From the NCBI GenBank assembly GCA_965203315.1, contig OZ241857.1, positions 1,056,001-1,120,000 of the forward strand: DNA of 64,000 nt, given 5' to 3'. Of the stretch, positions 51,749 through 62,683 are shown piece after piece. The number at the start of each line of letters is the position of its first letter. Position 1 is the stretch's first letter. The stretch is from Nitrosopumilus sp. (GTDB lineage Archaea; Thermoproteota; Nitrososphaeria; Nitrososphaerales; Nitrosopumilaceae). The translations under genes were made by a program, and so were the position numbers. The notes below the pieces were generated by a model. The model worked only from the letters and a program-made list of their open reading frames with translations, searched no databases and was not told where the DNA came from.

Positions 51749-52081
51749 ATGAGCGTAGTCGAGTCCAAAGTTACAGGAATCATAAAGTCATTAAACGTAC
51801 TAGAAGATGACTTGGATTCATTGAACGCCAAGTCTGCAGATATGAAGAAACAACTTGTCGCAAAGGCACAATCTGAGATTGATGCTCTACTAACAAAGAC
51901 GCGTGAGATGGCTCTAAAAGAGACCAAAGATATCATTGCTAAATCACGAGATAGAGCGACTGCCGAGTCTTTGCAGATATCTCAAGACAGTGAGACCAAG
52001 CTGGCTGAATTAAAGTCAAAGATCGAATCTAACTTTGATGCTGCCGTCAAAGATGTCGTGACAACCATTTTGAAGCCATAG
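51749..52081 (+). CDS. Coiled-coil protein, A/V-type ATPase subunit H/G-like
   Basis: Ala/Lys/Glu-rich helix ending FDAAVKDVVTTIL. Confidence 0.5.
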   Translation: MSVVESKVTGIIKSLNVLEDDLDSLNAKSADMKKQLVAKAQSEIDALLTKTREMALKETKDIIAKSRDRATAESLQISQDSETKLAELKSKIESNFDAAVKDVVTTILKP

Positions 52082-52191
52082 TTCTCAAACCAAAACACAA
52101 CGATAACACAAGACTGTTAAATTGTATAAAATATCGATGAACTAAAAATACAATACCATCGAGTGTTCAATCTACAAGATTATTCTAATAA

Positions 52192-53335
52192 TGTCTTGCC
52201 AGAGATGTGTTGTACAAAAATCATTTAAATTCACCAGAATCTTCGTTTGCCCAGTTGAGATTATTTCTAATTTTAGCACTGGCATGTTTTGTTTTAAATG
52301 TCATCATAGGTATTTTGCCATTATCGATATCTAGTGAGAAAAGTCTGTCTTTGTTTTAGTAATGAATGTATGACATTATACCCTTGGAGTGTTTAATCTC
52401 TGATTCAAATGTTCCAAAGAATCTCCCCAACTTGCCATTGGTCTGAGGATGATTTGCTCTTGCAAGTATTTGTTTTATTTTTCGTTTGATTAATTCTGCT
52501 TCAAATAATGTAATTTTACGCCCGTTCTTTGGTTTTTTAGCAGATGTAAATTGTGTTCCACGATCAGATAGTATCTGTGCTGGTACGCCAAACTTTTTGA
52601 TAGCTTTTCTCAACACACTAACCGCATTTGCTGATGTTGCGTGTTTAAAGACCCCAAAACCCGTGATGTATCTAGAAGCATCGTCTAGGTAGCAGATCAG
52701 GTAGAGTTCCATCTTGAGTCAGATATTATGTGTCAGCCTACATGCCACATGGCGTTAGAGTATTTCCTCTCAAAACGAACTTATCTACGACGTTTTCGTT
52801 TTGCAGGTGCTGGAGTTATTAGGCCCTTTTCGTACATTATCTTTCGTACAGATCTGTAACTGATTTGTATGTGCAAACGTTGTAATTCTTTTGTAAGGCG
52901 AATCACACCAAAATGCCGTTTGTTGTACATTTTCATCACTGCCTGAATCTCTTTATGTGTAGGTTCTTTATTTGGTCGACCAATCTTCTTTTGTGTCGGT
53001 GGAGAACCTGTCTTGACATAATGTGAATATATTTGACATATTCTTTGCTCAGTAATATTAAATTGATCTGCTATGACAGATAATTTCACACCTTTACGTC
53101 TTTGTGATATGATACTCAATACTTGCTTTTTTTCTAACTTTCTGATTGGCATAGATTTCTTGCATAAATCATCGTTTAAATACTTTTGGTACAAAACAGT
53201 TTTGATAATCGGTAGTAGATATGTTTGGTCTATTTTTATTTCTAGAAATCTTGTTACAGACTTGATGAATGTGTCATATGAGAACACATATCGAGTAATG
53301 ACATAATGCGAGATATGGTAGATCCTGTCAAGACA
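52192..53335 (-). pseudogene. Decayed IS481-family element (second, diverged copy)
   Basis: RFERKYSNAMWH region with in-frame stops, YLDDASR, ILSDRGTQF, HPQTNGKLGR; ends TGTCTTGCCAG / CTGTCAAGACA. Confidence 0.85.
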
Positions 53336-53721
53336 CATATGCGCTAACTAGAGCAAGACATGACAAGTCTTCATCAGACATAGATTTGAGACTCTATCGC
53401 CAGATCCCACACCCTAGATTGGCAGAATCTAAAGTCTATGTATCCAAAAGCAACAAACTAGAAGATACACAGCCGATCTAGTACGAGCCTGAACATCGTA
53501 TAGATGTGCAAGCTAGATATCGTAAACACATGCTGGATGCGACTCGGCATAGTACCATCTGAACACAATCACGATAATTATTGATGAACTTTGGTATTTT
53601 TCCAACTAGGATTTTTGAAAATAATCATTTTTTTAAAATTTTTTCATATTTTCTAGGGATCTTTGTAAATTTACTACATTCATGCTTATATAGGTGTGAT
53701 TTACATACAAAACACTAGAAA

Positions 53722-54093
53722 ATGACTTGTAAAGGAATATGCGTCAGATATAAGGCTCAAAAACCGGTTGGGACAGGGCGATATGCTTCTGGTCAACGAC
53801 GTTGTCAAATCTGCGAGATATTTATCAAGTGGGAAGGACTTTGGTGTCCATGTTGTGGATATCGACTTAGAACAAAACCACGTAATCTAAAGTATAAAGC
53901 AAAGTTGCGTGCACGAGTAGAAGCCGACTCTATGGAGGCAAAATCTAGTGCAAAGACAGCAAAGAAGACACCTTGCGAGTATTGTGAAAAGATGTTTGTG
54001 TATCTAGCTAGACATCAGTCCAAATGTAAGAGCAACCCTGCAAATCAAACCAAAGTTGCTGGCAAACGCGAATCAATAACAATAAAAACATAA
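53722..54093 (+). CDS. Cys-rich Zn-finger protein (thaumarchaeal type)
   Basis: CKGIC, CQIC, CPCC, CEYC..H..C. Confidence 0.8.
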   Translation: MTCKGICVRYKAQKPVGTGRYASGQRRCQICEIFIKWEGLWCPCCGYRLRTKPRNLKYKAKLRARVEADSMEAKSSAKTAKKTPCEYCEKMFVYLARHQSKCKSNPANQTKVAGKRESITIKT

Positions 54094-54111
54094 GAGACTG
54101 CTGGAATATCA

Positions 54112-54450
54112 TTGACCTCATCAGATAGGTTTGTAGAGAGAGTTGTCAAACTATCTGACCGTAGTTTTACAATACGGACGCTACGGTTCGATAATGGCTA
54201 TTTTGTATCTATATCTGAAGGTACCGATCTACTAGGTTCGATGGTAGCATCGCTTGCAGCAGGACCTACACCAATAACTACCAACATAATACCATCACGA
54301 ACAGACTCGATATTTTTAAGACTCGTGTCAGAACGACTTTGTACGCAAGCGCGTGGTATTGCACTAGTCTCAGTCAATACACAGAGAGAGATAGACTCAA
54401 CTATTGCTCAAGATATAATGTCCGAGATCGTGGAGATGATTCAACCGTGA
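54112..54450 (+). CDS. Hypothetical protein (proteasome assembly chaperone 4-like)
   Basis: F.NG.FVSISEG...LGSM pattern; coupled to ubiD. Confidence 0.55.
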   Translation: MTSSDRFVERVVKLSDRSFTIRTLRFDNGYFVSISEGTDLLGSMVASLAAGPTPITTNIIPSRTDSIFLRLVSERLCTQARGIALVSVNTQREIDSTIAQDIMSEIVEMIQP

Positions 54451-55781
54451 CCGATCTGCGCAAGTTTCTTACAAAGATACAAAAGATCGACGAACTACGA
54501 CGCATCAAACCTAAAGTATCTACAAAATATGAGATTGCTGGGATCACAGCCAAGGTTGATGGTTCTGATGCAGTACTGTTTACGAATATCAAAGAGAGTA
54601 AATTCAATCTAGTTGCGAATCTAGTTGGGACGCGAAGACGTTTTGCGCTAGCAGTTGGAAGTTCAGAAGAGTCGATACATGAGACAGTGATTGCAGCTAT
54701 ACGCAATGCCAAGAGACCCAAAATAATCTCTACAGCACCGTTTCTTAAAAATAGAACTAGAGATCAGAGAGTGTTACCAATTGTGACACATTTTGAGAAA
54801 GAGTCTGGACCATTTATCACATCGTCTATAGTATATGCAAAAAACCCTGAATCAGGTAGACAGAACGCATCGTTTCACAGATTGATGCCTATAGACAAGG
54901 ATCACTTTACAATCAGGATGGTCGAAGGTCGTGACCTACACAAGTGTTGGACTGCTGCAGTAGAACAAGGTCAAGATCTACGAGTTGCAGTTACCATAGG
55001 TGTTCATCCTGCGATATCTATTGCAGGTGCATATCAAGCAGAATGGGGTCGAGATGAGATCGATATTGCAAACTCGTTACTAAATGACAAGCTAACCCTG
55101 ACCAAACTATCTTACTCACAACTTGCTGTTCCTTCTGGTGCCGAGTTTGTAATGGAGGGAAAGATACTTGCTGACAAGACTCATCCAGAGTGGATGGTCG
55201 AGATGTTACAGACATATGATCATAAACGATCCCAACCTATCTTTGAGCTCGAGTCATTGTACTATCGTGATGATCCAATATTTCATGATGTGTTATCTGG
55301 ATATGCTGAACACCGACTATTGATGGGGATGCCTATAGAGTCCAAACTAAATGATCAACTAGGGAGATCATTTCGCAATATACAACATGTATCCATGACA
55401 GGTGGTGGCTGTAACTGGCTACATGCAGTTGTACAGATAAAGAAACGAGCTAATACAAATGTTGCAAAGATAATCACAAAAACATTTGAGATACATCGTT
55501 CACTCAAGCAAGTAACTGTTGTGGATCATGATATCGATCCAAATAATCCTATAGCAGTAGAGTATGCGATGGCCACTAGATTTCAAGCAGATCGTGATCT
55601 AATAATAGTAAAAGATGTACGTGGCTCTAGTCTAGATCCATCTAGTGATCAAAGACGACTACGTACTGCAAAGATGGGAGTCGATGCAACGAGACCTCTT
55701 TCAAAACGTCCTGAAGGGTTTGAGATAGCCAAGATTCCCAACATCGACAAGATTAACCTGAAAAAATATCTCATAGATTAA
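54447..55781 (+). CDS. ubiD: UbiD family (de)carboxylase
   Basis: DLRKFL, GPFITS, NASFHR, AEFVMEG, VVDHDID, MGVDAT; GTG start overlaps the upstream TGA. Confidence 0.9.
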   Translation: MTDLRKFLTKIQKIDELRRIKPKVSTKYEIAGITAKVDGSDAVLFTNIKESKFNLVANLVGTRRRFALAVGSSEESIHETVIAAIRNAKRPKIISTAPFLKNRTRDQRVLPIVTHFEKESGPFITSSIVYAKNPESGRQNASFHRLMPIDKDHFTIRMVEGRDLHKCWTAAVEQGQDLRVAVTIGVHPAISIAGAYQAEWGRDEIDIANSLLNDKLTLTKLSYSQLAVPSGAEFVMEGKILADKTHPEWMVEMLQTYDHKRSQPIFELESLYYRDDPIFHDVLSGYAEHRLLMGMPIESKLNDQLGRSFRNIQHVSMTGGGCNWLHAVVQIKKRANTNVAKIITKTFEIHRSLKQVTVVDHDIDPNNPIAVEYAMATRFQADRDLIIVKDVRGSSLDPSSDQRRLRTAKMGVDATRPLSKRPEGFEIAKIPNIDKINLKKYLID

Positions 55782-55808
55782 ATTGTATATATAACAATGA
55801 ATGCTTGA

Positions 55809-56282
55809 TTGTCAGATCGTCGCTCAAAAAGTCCATCCGAGTCTCAAGCAGAAGTAATAGTTCGAATGTTTCCGTCAGATGCAAACCCGGCCGGTAATGT
55901 ATTTGGTGGCGAGATTCTAAAGAATATAGACATGGTTGCAGGCATTGTAGCCCAGCGTCACTCTCAATCCAATGCAGTAACTGCGTCTATGGATCGTGTC
56001 AACTTTTTAAAACCAGTCTTTGTTGGAAATGTACTAAAACTAGTTGCTAGAATCAACTATGTCCACAACTCATCTATGGAGATTGAGGTTCGCGCAGAAG
56101 CCGAAGATATTCAAACCGGAATACAAACCATCACTGCTACAGCATTTGTGACATTTGTTGCTCTAGATGATGATGGCAAACCTATCCATGTTCCAAAACT
56201 TGAACTAAAGACTGACGAGGATCGTAACAAGTTTGAGTTGGGTAAGGCTAGAATGGAAACGAGACGACAGAGCCGCAAGTAA
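55809..56282 (+). CDS. Hotdog-fold acyl-CoA thioesterase
   Basis: PSDANPAGNVFGG..L..ID, VTASMD.VNF..PV, TFVALD. Confidence 0.9.
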   Translation: MSDRRSKSPSESQAEVIVRMFPSDANPAGNVFGGEILKNIDMVAGIVAQRHSQSNAVTASMDRVNFLKPVFVGNVLKLVARINYVHNSSMEIEVRAEAEDIQTGIQTITATAFVTFVALDDDGKPIHVPKLELKTDEDRNKFELGKARMETRRQSRK

Positions 56283-56368
56283 TCGTTGAAATGATCTTTA
56301 ACATTATACTTACAAGTATCTTTGTTAATTAAACTCGTACAACCATGATGTTCATCGGCATTGTGAAT

Positions 56369-56617
56369 CTAACCACTCAGTTCACGTCTCATATCTTCTT
56401 TATTGAGGGCTCGTAGTGTCCAACGCAACGACGGATCTTTTCTTTTCTTCCACATAACAAGAAACTCTAATGCAGAAAGCAGATTTGGTTCTTCGGCAGT
56501 AGGAGGAATAATGTAATGGTCCAAATCTGTAGGTTGATCTGATTTTCTCTGGAACTCTAGTATGTAATGATTACCATGCTCATCAACAAGCAAGTATTTC
56601 ATAAGAAATTTACCCAA
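56369..56617 (-). CDS. Small hypothetical protein
   Basis: ORF only. Confidence 0.45.
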   Translation of the reverse strand: MGKFLMKYLLVDEHGNHYILEFQRKSDQPTDLDHYIIPPTAEEPNLLSALEFLVMWKKRKDPSLRWTLRALNKEDMRRELSG

Positions 56618-56865
56618 CTTGTCTTTTGAATAGAATCAGATACTATTAACTATTCTTAAAAAAAAGCGACTAGGCATCTAGGCCCCAAATGATCCTTGAA
56701 CCACACACAAATTCAATAAATCCTAAATCAGTCAAAAAAATAGTAAGATACGACAGAAATTGATTGAAAGTTGATGGATCCTATCTCAGAATATTCGAAT
56801 TTCGTTAATTTAATCAGTCGAGTTGTATGTAGAGTCATACTTTTGTGAACTAGCGTTTGGTCTTG

Positions 56866-57720
56866 TCATTTAAGAGATTGTCGAGATCTCTTTGCCTGAA
56901 TGTTTGCTTCAAGATTCTCTGGGTCTAAATGTTTGGGGTCTAGTTTTTTTGATTTGTTTAATGCGTTCAATGACTCATCTAATAAATCAAGATTATACAG
57001 TACCATGCCGAGTACATACTGTAAAGCAGCATCTTTTATATCCAATTCGATCACTTCCCTAGCACACTCTACTGCTTCGTCATATCTATCTGCATCATTC
57101 AAAATTATAGTCTTGTCTAACAGATATGTGGGATTTTCTGGTTCGATGGACAGTGCTTCATCAATGCACTCTATCCCTTCGTCATATCTTCCAAGATCAG
57201 ATAGTATAACTGCTTTTTTGTACATTGTATAACTATCTAGATCAGTTAGTGCTGCTTTATCATAGCAATGGAGTATATCTTTTAATAATTTCTTGTCTCC
57301 AGTTTCTTCATAAATCTCATTTAGAGCATGTCCCTTCAAGGTATATGCACCAAGATCGATGCCACCCTTTATGGCCCTGTCTGCCCATTTTACGGTCTCT
57401 TCAAATCGTTCGAGTTCAAACAAAAGGTCTGCTTTCATATATGCACAGAATGGCTCTAAATCATCATAGTTCTGTATCTGAATAAGACACTCTAATCCTT
57501 TATCGAACTTGTCAAAGCTCTTGTAAAACATAGCCTTGACTATGTATAGCATTGGATCATCACTCATAGATAGCATCAACATATCACAAATTGATAATGC
57601 ATCCCTTTGCTTACCTTGTTTGGCTAGGTTCAGTGCATTGATTAATGGATCTATATAATAGCCACGCTCTTTTAGGAAACCTTCAATTTCATCAAATATT
57701 GTGTTTAGTTCTACCATCAT
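56866..57720 (-). CDS. Tetratricopeptide repeat protein
   Basis: LGRYDEGIECIDEALSIEP-type repeats. Confidence 0.88.
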   Translation of the reverse strand: MMVELNTIFDEIEGFLKERGYYIDPLINALNLAKQGKQRDALSICDMLMLSMSDDPMLYIVKAMFYKSFDKFDKGLECLIQIQNYDDLEPFCAYMKADLLFELERFEETVKWADRAIKGGIDLGAYTLKGHALNEIYEETGDKKLLKDILHCYDKAALTDLDSYTMYKKAVILSDLGRYDEGIECIDEALSIEPENPTYLLDKTIILNDADRYDEAVECAREVIELDIKDAALQYVLGMVLYNLDLLDESLNALNKSKKLDPKHLDPENLEANIQAKRSRQSLK

Positions 57721-57756
57721 TGTCTAGATATTATCGCTATTAATATGTGTCAAGTC

Positions 57757-57870
57757 GGAACTTTTCGATTTATGTGGTTAATGGTTACAGAAAAAGCACA
57801 AAGGGATTCTATAAGTGAAATTATCAAAAAAAAGCCTTACGAAAAACCACTCCACGTAAATCGGAGATTC
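57757..57870. mobile_element. MITE family A copy
   Basis: GGAACTTTTCGATTTATGTGG ... CCACGTAAATCGGAGATTC; flanks GTCAAGTC/GTAAAGTC (7/8 TSD). Confidence 0.85.
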
Positions 57871-57895
57871 GTAAAGTCTGTCAACAAGTCAGATT

Positions 57896-58762
57896 CTATG
57901 CGGATTCTAGATTTGACATGATATCTCGTCTAAGATTCTCAGTGTCAACAAATGATGGATCTAGTCTAGTTGCAGTGTTTAAAGCATGCAAGGACTCTTG
58001 CATTAAACCAAGATCGTATAGTGTACAAGCAACAACATACAGTATATGAGAGTTTTTTGGACCTAGTTTGAGTACCTGCTTGCATTGTTCTGTTGACTCG
58101 TCATATCTGCCAGCTTGATGCAGAGCAGTTGCTAGGTCACTCATAATTTCATATTTTGACATTATGGCACCGTCTGGATCCAATGATAACGCTTCTTTGA
58201 AACATGATATCGCTTTATCATACTCTCCAAGTATACCAAATATCCTTCCTTTACCATCTAGTATTATGTCACTTGGAGCGCCCTCTAAGGCTTTGTTATA
58301 ACAATCTAGTATCTTGTTCAATGTCTTCTTGTTTTTAGATCCACCGTAAAGATTATGCATCGATAGTCCTTTGTAGGCATATGTGTTTGGGAGGTTTATC
58401 CTAAAAAGTATGAGTTTATTTGCTAGTCTTATTGCTGCCTTGTTTCTATCAGCCCAGTGTAGATATCTCAATTTCAGAGATAGGTAAGTAGGTAGAAACT
58501 CTGATTTGTGTGGCGGTATAGAGTATTTTATTGCACGGTCAATACATTCTATTGCTTTATCATACTGATCAAGTTCGTCATAAAATCCAGATTTAAGGCA
58601 ATATGTTGATGGCTCGTTTGGTTTTGACTTTATTGCCTTGTCGCAGTATACCAATGCCTCTTCGTATCTGCCTTGATCTCCAAACTTTATTGCCTTGTCT
58701 AACGGATCATTAGGATAATATCTTTGATCGTTGTAAAAATATTCTGTCTCTTTAGGTTCCAT
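57896..58762 (-). CDS. Tetratricopeptide repeat protein, paralog of 56866-57720
   Basis: GRYEEALVYCDKAI; shared KK.L..IL.CY.KA and ESL.ALN....LDP...D.ENL. Confidence 0.88.
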   Translation of the reverse strand: MEPKETEYFYNDQRYYPNDPLDKAIKFGDQGRYEEALVYCDKAIKSKPNEPSTYCLKSGFYDELDQYDKAIECIDRAIKYSIPPHKSEFLPTYLSLKLRYLHWADRNKAAIRLANKLILFRINLPNTYAYKGLSMHNLYGGSKNKKTLNKILDCYNKALEGAPSDIILDGKGRIFGILGEYDKAISCFKEALSLDPDGAIMSKYEIMSDLATALHQAGRYDESTEQCKQVLKLGPKNSHILYVVACTLYDLGLMQESLHALNTATRLDPSFVDTENLRRDIMSNLESA

Positions 58763-59335
58763 ATATCCTTGTACAACTGATAAGGTGTTTAATATGTAAC
58801 GAAAAAAAAGAATTGATTACGTCTCAAAGCGGTAACAGTCACTACGCCGGTGGTCACTATACTGCCGTCAATGAGTACCTGTCACCGTTATAGAAATCAC
58901 TCATGTAAGTCGGATATTGTATAGTTTGTTTTACTGTCCACACTAGGAGTGTTGGCAAGGTTATGCCAAATCTATCGGTATAATCTGTTGGAGATGAAGT
59001 GAGTGTGTCATTAGTGAAAAGTTGTTCATAGTGTAATTCCATCGAGTTATTGTTACGGAATCGGCCTCTAATGTACCAACATTCTTGAACTGTCAGTAGT
59101 GTCACTAGTACCTGCCTTGAGACTAGTCTCGCCAAGATGTAGATCTTTTTGTTGTTCCACCGAATACACCAGAACCTACGATACCGATTGTATCAGCAGT
59201 CATGACAGCTGCAAGCCAGATCAGATTCTCTTTGGTAAATTGAACCGCCCATAGTACCCGAAATAAGTTCATGTTTTATCTCACACCAGAACCACAAATA
59301 GATTCATTTAAGAATAACCAAGTCTACCATCAGAT

Positions 59336-59743
59336 ATGTCTCAATCCGACAACAATGAATGGAGTTCATTATGGCAAGAGTATGCTAGAGCACTTGAGAC
59401 ATGGAAGTCTCTCTTTGAGCAGATGCAAAATGCAAGCAATGAGATGCAATCCAAATTTAACCAAGTCTGGGAAAAAGCCGTGAGTGAGTCTAGTGCCGAG
59501 ACCATGAAAACCTTTGGCGCAAACTGGCAGAAAGCAATGTCCGATGTAGGCTTTAAGTCATTTCAGGGATTTAACGAAGGGTGGCAAAAGTCACTCAATG
59601 ACTCCAATATCCAGGCATTTACGACATTTGCTACGAACTGGCAAAAAATGATGAGCGCTAATGGACTAGAACAGATGAAGTCATATGGCGAGATGATGAA
59701 AAAATTTGCAGATACATGGAATGCAATGTGGCCTACAAAATGA
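59336..59743 (+). CDS. Trp-periodic helical hypothetical protein
   Basis: Repeated F...W.K...e.....k.F...W. Confidence 0.75.
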   Translation: MSQSDNNEWSSLWQEYARALETWKSLFEQMQNASNEMQSKFNQVWEKAVSESSAETMKTFGANWQKAMSDVGFKSFQGFNEGWQKSLNDSNIQAFTTFATNWQKMMSANGLEQMKSYGEMMKKFADTWNAMWPTK

Positions 59744-59783
59744 GATCGCCAAGAGTTAAAAACACAACGATCTCCACAACAGT

Positions 59784-60434
59784 ATGACTCAAAGCGAATG
59801 TTTAATAGAACTAGATAGTTTTGATGATCTGGCACGGTTCGTCTGTGCGTCTAGAGAATATCCTAGACGGGTATACTCACACCTAGTTGACGGTACACGA
59901 GTCTTGTCTAGTACTTTGAGTCTTGTAAATACATTGATGATCCTATACTACAAGATGCCCAAATATGGCAAGTATGTCTCATATCGAGTTAGAGATGGTG
60001 ACGAGACATGTGGTGTGGTCGAGTCTACCAAAGATATCTCACACTATGCACCAATAGTTCATGGAGTATCGGATATATCATCACTGCCTGTAGAGACAAC
60101 ATCAACAGATCAGTTTCGTCCAATAGAGCTGCAAGACCTTGGTAGTCTAGCTCGTCTCACATACGATCCAGAACTTCCAGAAGAACCAGATCTAACTCTC
60201 TATGCAATCCCACATGACGAGTCGTGGGTTGTTGGATACATTACATCACTAGACATGCAAGATACAATCTATCACTTTAACTATGTACGATTGACTACAA
60301 AACCTACAAAGTCATTCTTAAAGTATCAAGGAAACCACGGTCAAGATCCAGAATTTGATGACTCGTTTGAACATGGATATACATATCTGCCAATAATCAA
60401 GATAAAACAATCACATCCTATCTTTGGGTTATGA
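59784..60434 (+). CDS. Conserved archaeal hypothetical protein
   Basis: Internal duplication IELDSFDDLARF / IELQDLGSLARL. Confidence 0.75.
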   Translation: MTQSECLIELDSFDDLARFVCASREYPRRVYSHLVDGTRVLSSTLSLVNTLMILYYKMPKYGKYVSYRVRDGDETCGVVESTKDISHYAPIVHGVSDISSLPVETTSTDQFRPIELQDLGSLARLTYDPELPEEPDLTLYAIPHDESWVVGYITSLDMQDTIYHFNYVRLTTKPTKSFLKYQGNHGQDPEFDDSFEHGYTYLPIIKIKQSHPIFGL

Positions 60435-61097
60435 TCTAAACTCGTTGATCTTTACTCTAGACTCGTCTTTGATTTTAATCATCAAAGGAATGTAAGTTTT
60501 AATGGAGTGTATTACTTCCATACTCTCTCTTCCAATCTCTGCAAACGTAGTAGCAATTACTTGATCGTCGCTAACTTTGGGTTCTCTAGCTCGTGTACGC
60601 TTGTTGTTTATGTGCATCAAGAATGTAGGTAGCTGATGTCTCATAGCTGTGTGTATGTGGATCTTTGATCGAATCCTACCATGTACACCCACTAGCTCTT
60701 GAGCAGGATCACCATGATATCTATCTCTCGATATCATCATAATTTTTATAGTCGGCGATCTCTTGTTGTCTCGAATAAACCTTCTCGCTCTATCGATAAA
60801 AGAGGGATATATCATTTGATGTTCATTTGCATAATTTTTTGTAAACCAGTTACAAAACGCCAATGCTTGTTGATCGTTACGTTCTAGAGATCTAGCTCTA
60901 AAACTATGCTCTGTTATCTTGTCTTTCGTAAATAATCCAAAGTCAGTATCTGCATCCTCAAATATACTATCAAATACGCGGTCTGTAGATGTTGCAAAAT
61001 CAAATAATAGATTCGACACAGGCATGGGATCTGGATCGTATAATTGTATCTGATTATATCTGAATTTACACTCTTGTATATGTTGATCAGTGTTCAT
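60429..61097 (-). CDS. Hypothetical protein
   Basis: 222-aa ORF overlapping the upstream gene end. Confidence 0.65.
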   Translation of the reverse strand: MNTDQHIQECKFRYNQIQLYDPDPMPVSNLLFDFATSTDRVFDSIFEDADTDFGLFTKDKITEHSFRARSLERNDQQALAFCNWFTKNYANEHQMIYPSFIDRARRFIRDNKRSPTIKIMMISRDRYHGDPAQELVGVHGRIRSKIHIHTAMRHQLPTFLMHINNKRTRAREPKVSDDQVIATTFAEIGRESMEVIHSIKTYIPLMIKIKDESRVKINEFRS

Positions 61098-61470
61098 CGA
61101 TTGTATCAGCTTTTGAATATTTTGATTGTGATTTCAGATTTGTTGCAAGCTCTCTAAAGATATCATTTACGCTAACATCTACAAAATTTATAGTTGCATT
61201 CTCTTTTACGATCTGTTTTTCAAACTTTTCCTTTACTGCAAAAGATACTGATGACCAATGAAGTACTCCTTTTAGCTGCTCTTGAACTGTAGCATTAGTT
61301 GTAGGAAAGTTTGCGGGTGAAAAGACAATTCCGTCTGCCCACTGCATAGTAGGTATTGCTCCCCCAGATGATCTCGTGCTAAATGCAATCTGTTTTACCC
61401 AATCATCAAACTTGTACTCTATGACTTCATGTATTATTAGTTTCTTCCAGGGCTCAATTGATATCTCCAT
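61087..61470 (-). CDS. Conserved archaeal hypothetical protein
   Basis: PWKKLIIHEV, WADGIVF, G.LHWSSVSFA. Confidence 0.75.
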   Translation of the reverse strand: MEISIEPWKKLIIHEVIEYKFDDWVKQIAFSTRSSGGAIPTMQWADGIVFSPANFPTTNATVQEQLKGVLHWSSVSFAVKEKFEKQIVKENATINFVDVSVNDIFRELATNLKSQSKYSKADTIDEH

Positions 61471-61576
61471 CAGCAGTCTCTAGACTATGTTTATTATAAC
61501 TCTTGTTTATAATTTACAGAATTATGGTATCATTTAAGACAGTATCATTTATGATAGACTGTACAGCTTGTTGTTT

Positions 61577-61596
61577 CTGTACAATTTATTGTACAG
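61577..61596. other. Perfect inverted repeat (terminator or operator)
   Basis: CTGTACAAT-tt-ATTGTACAG just downstream of the 61606-62082 stop. Confidence 0.4.
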
Positions 61597-61605
61597 CACT
61601 ATAAA

Positions 61606-62082
61606 TCACATGTTGTTTGAATGCCACGCTTGATTGAATCTCTTTATTGCTTCTTGGTATGCCTTGATCGAATCGTCTCCTGAAATCCTTAGAAATTTGT
61701 CCCATTGTTCATTAAACTTTTTGATCGATTGTATGTTGGTCTCTTTGAAGATATTCTCGATCATCCTTGTCTGTTGTTTGATGTACTCTGGTCCTATCTC
61801 ATCCCATGTACTCTCCCAGCTAGAACTGACCTTCTTTAACAGCTCAGTATCTGAGTCTTGAGCTCTTTGACATGCATTGTGATATGCTACCAGAGCCTCG
61901 TTTGTGGCACGTTGCCAATCTGCTAGTGACTCTTTCCATACGCGTAGAGCAGTATTGTACTCTTTCCATGCACTCTCAAACTCTGATTGGGACTCTGTTG
62001 GTTTCTTTACTGGCTTTGCCTTTGGTGTCTTTACCAATGTCTTTTTGGGTTGTGATTTTGTACTTGGTTTCTTGGTCGCCAT
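61606..62082 (-). CDS. Trp-periodic helical protein with Lys/Pro-rich N-tail, resembles 59336-59743
   Basis: WKEYNTALRVWK vs WQEYARALETWK; IKKFNEQWDK. Confidence 0.75.
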   Translation of the reverse strand: MATKKPSTKSQPKKTLVKTPKAKPVKKPTESQSEFESAWKEYNTALRVWKESLADWQRATNEALVAYHNACQRAQDSDTELLKKVSSSWESTWDEIGPEYIKQQTRMIENIFKETNIQSIKKFNEQWDKFLRISGDDSIKAYQEAIKRFNQAWHSNNM

Positions 62083-62206
62083 AGTATTATCTAAAAACTA
62101 GTAGATGTTAAGTCTTTCAGTATCCCTAGTCAGTCATCCGAATATCATCAATGTGACCGAATTGGATTCAAGTGTTGAGTAATTGCCACATATCACAATA
62201 CACCAT

Positions 62207-62362
62207 TCAGATCTCTGATGCTTTTGTAAATTTAGGCGCATGTTCTGCATTACGGTTCTGGAACAGTAGATAGTGTTTTTTGCATAGTCGTCTCTTCTCT
62301 CTAAATCCGATATAAACTGTCTTTACCGATTTTTCTTTGCATTCACTAATACTACATTGCAT
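62207..62362 (-). CDS. Small Zn-binding hypothetical protein
   Basis: MQCSISEC...LCKKH; start position inferred. Confidence 0.55.
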   Translation of the reverse strand: MQCSISECKEKSVKTVYIGFREKRRLCKKHYLLFQNRNAEHAPKFTKASEI

Positions 62363-62683
62363 GAGAGCTAGGAATACTCGCTCATAATAAAACGTTAAGA
62401 ATATTGGTCTTATTATATTCCAATATGGTTCTGTGAATTTGGCAAGAGGTTGAGATCTAGATGACATTATCTCAAGGAATGCATATTGTGCGGTATAGTA
62501 ATTTTAGCAGATACGCGACAATTTTTCATACTTGTGATTGGGATTTTGTCTAAAACTATTAACTCTCAGGTAAACAGCTTGCACAATTGCGTTAACTGAT
62601 ATTGCAGAAATTTGGTGTTGAATCTTGTGGTAAAAATCAAATAATCGCCTAGATTTTTAACTGCTTGTGGTGTTTGGAATATC

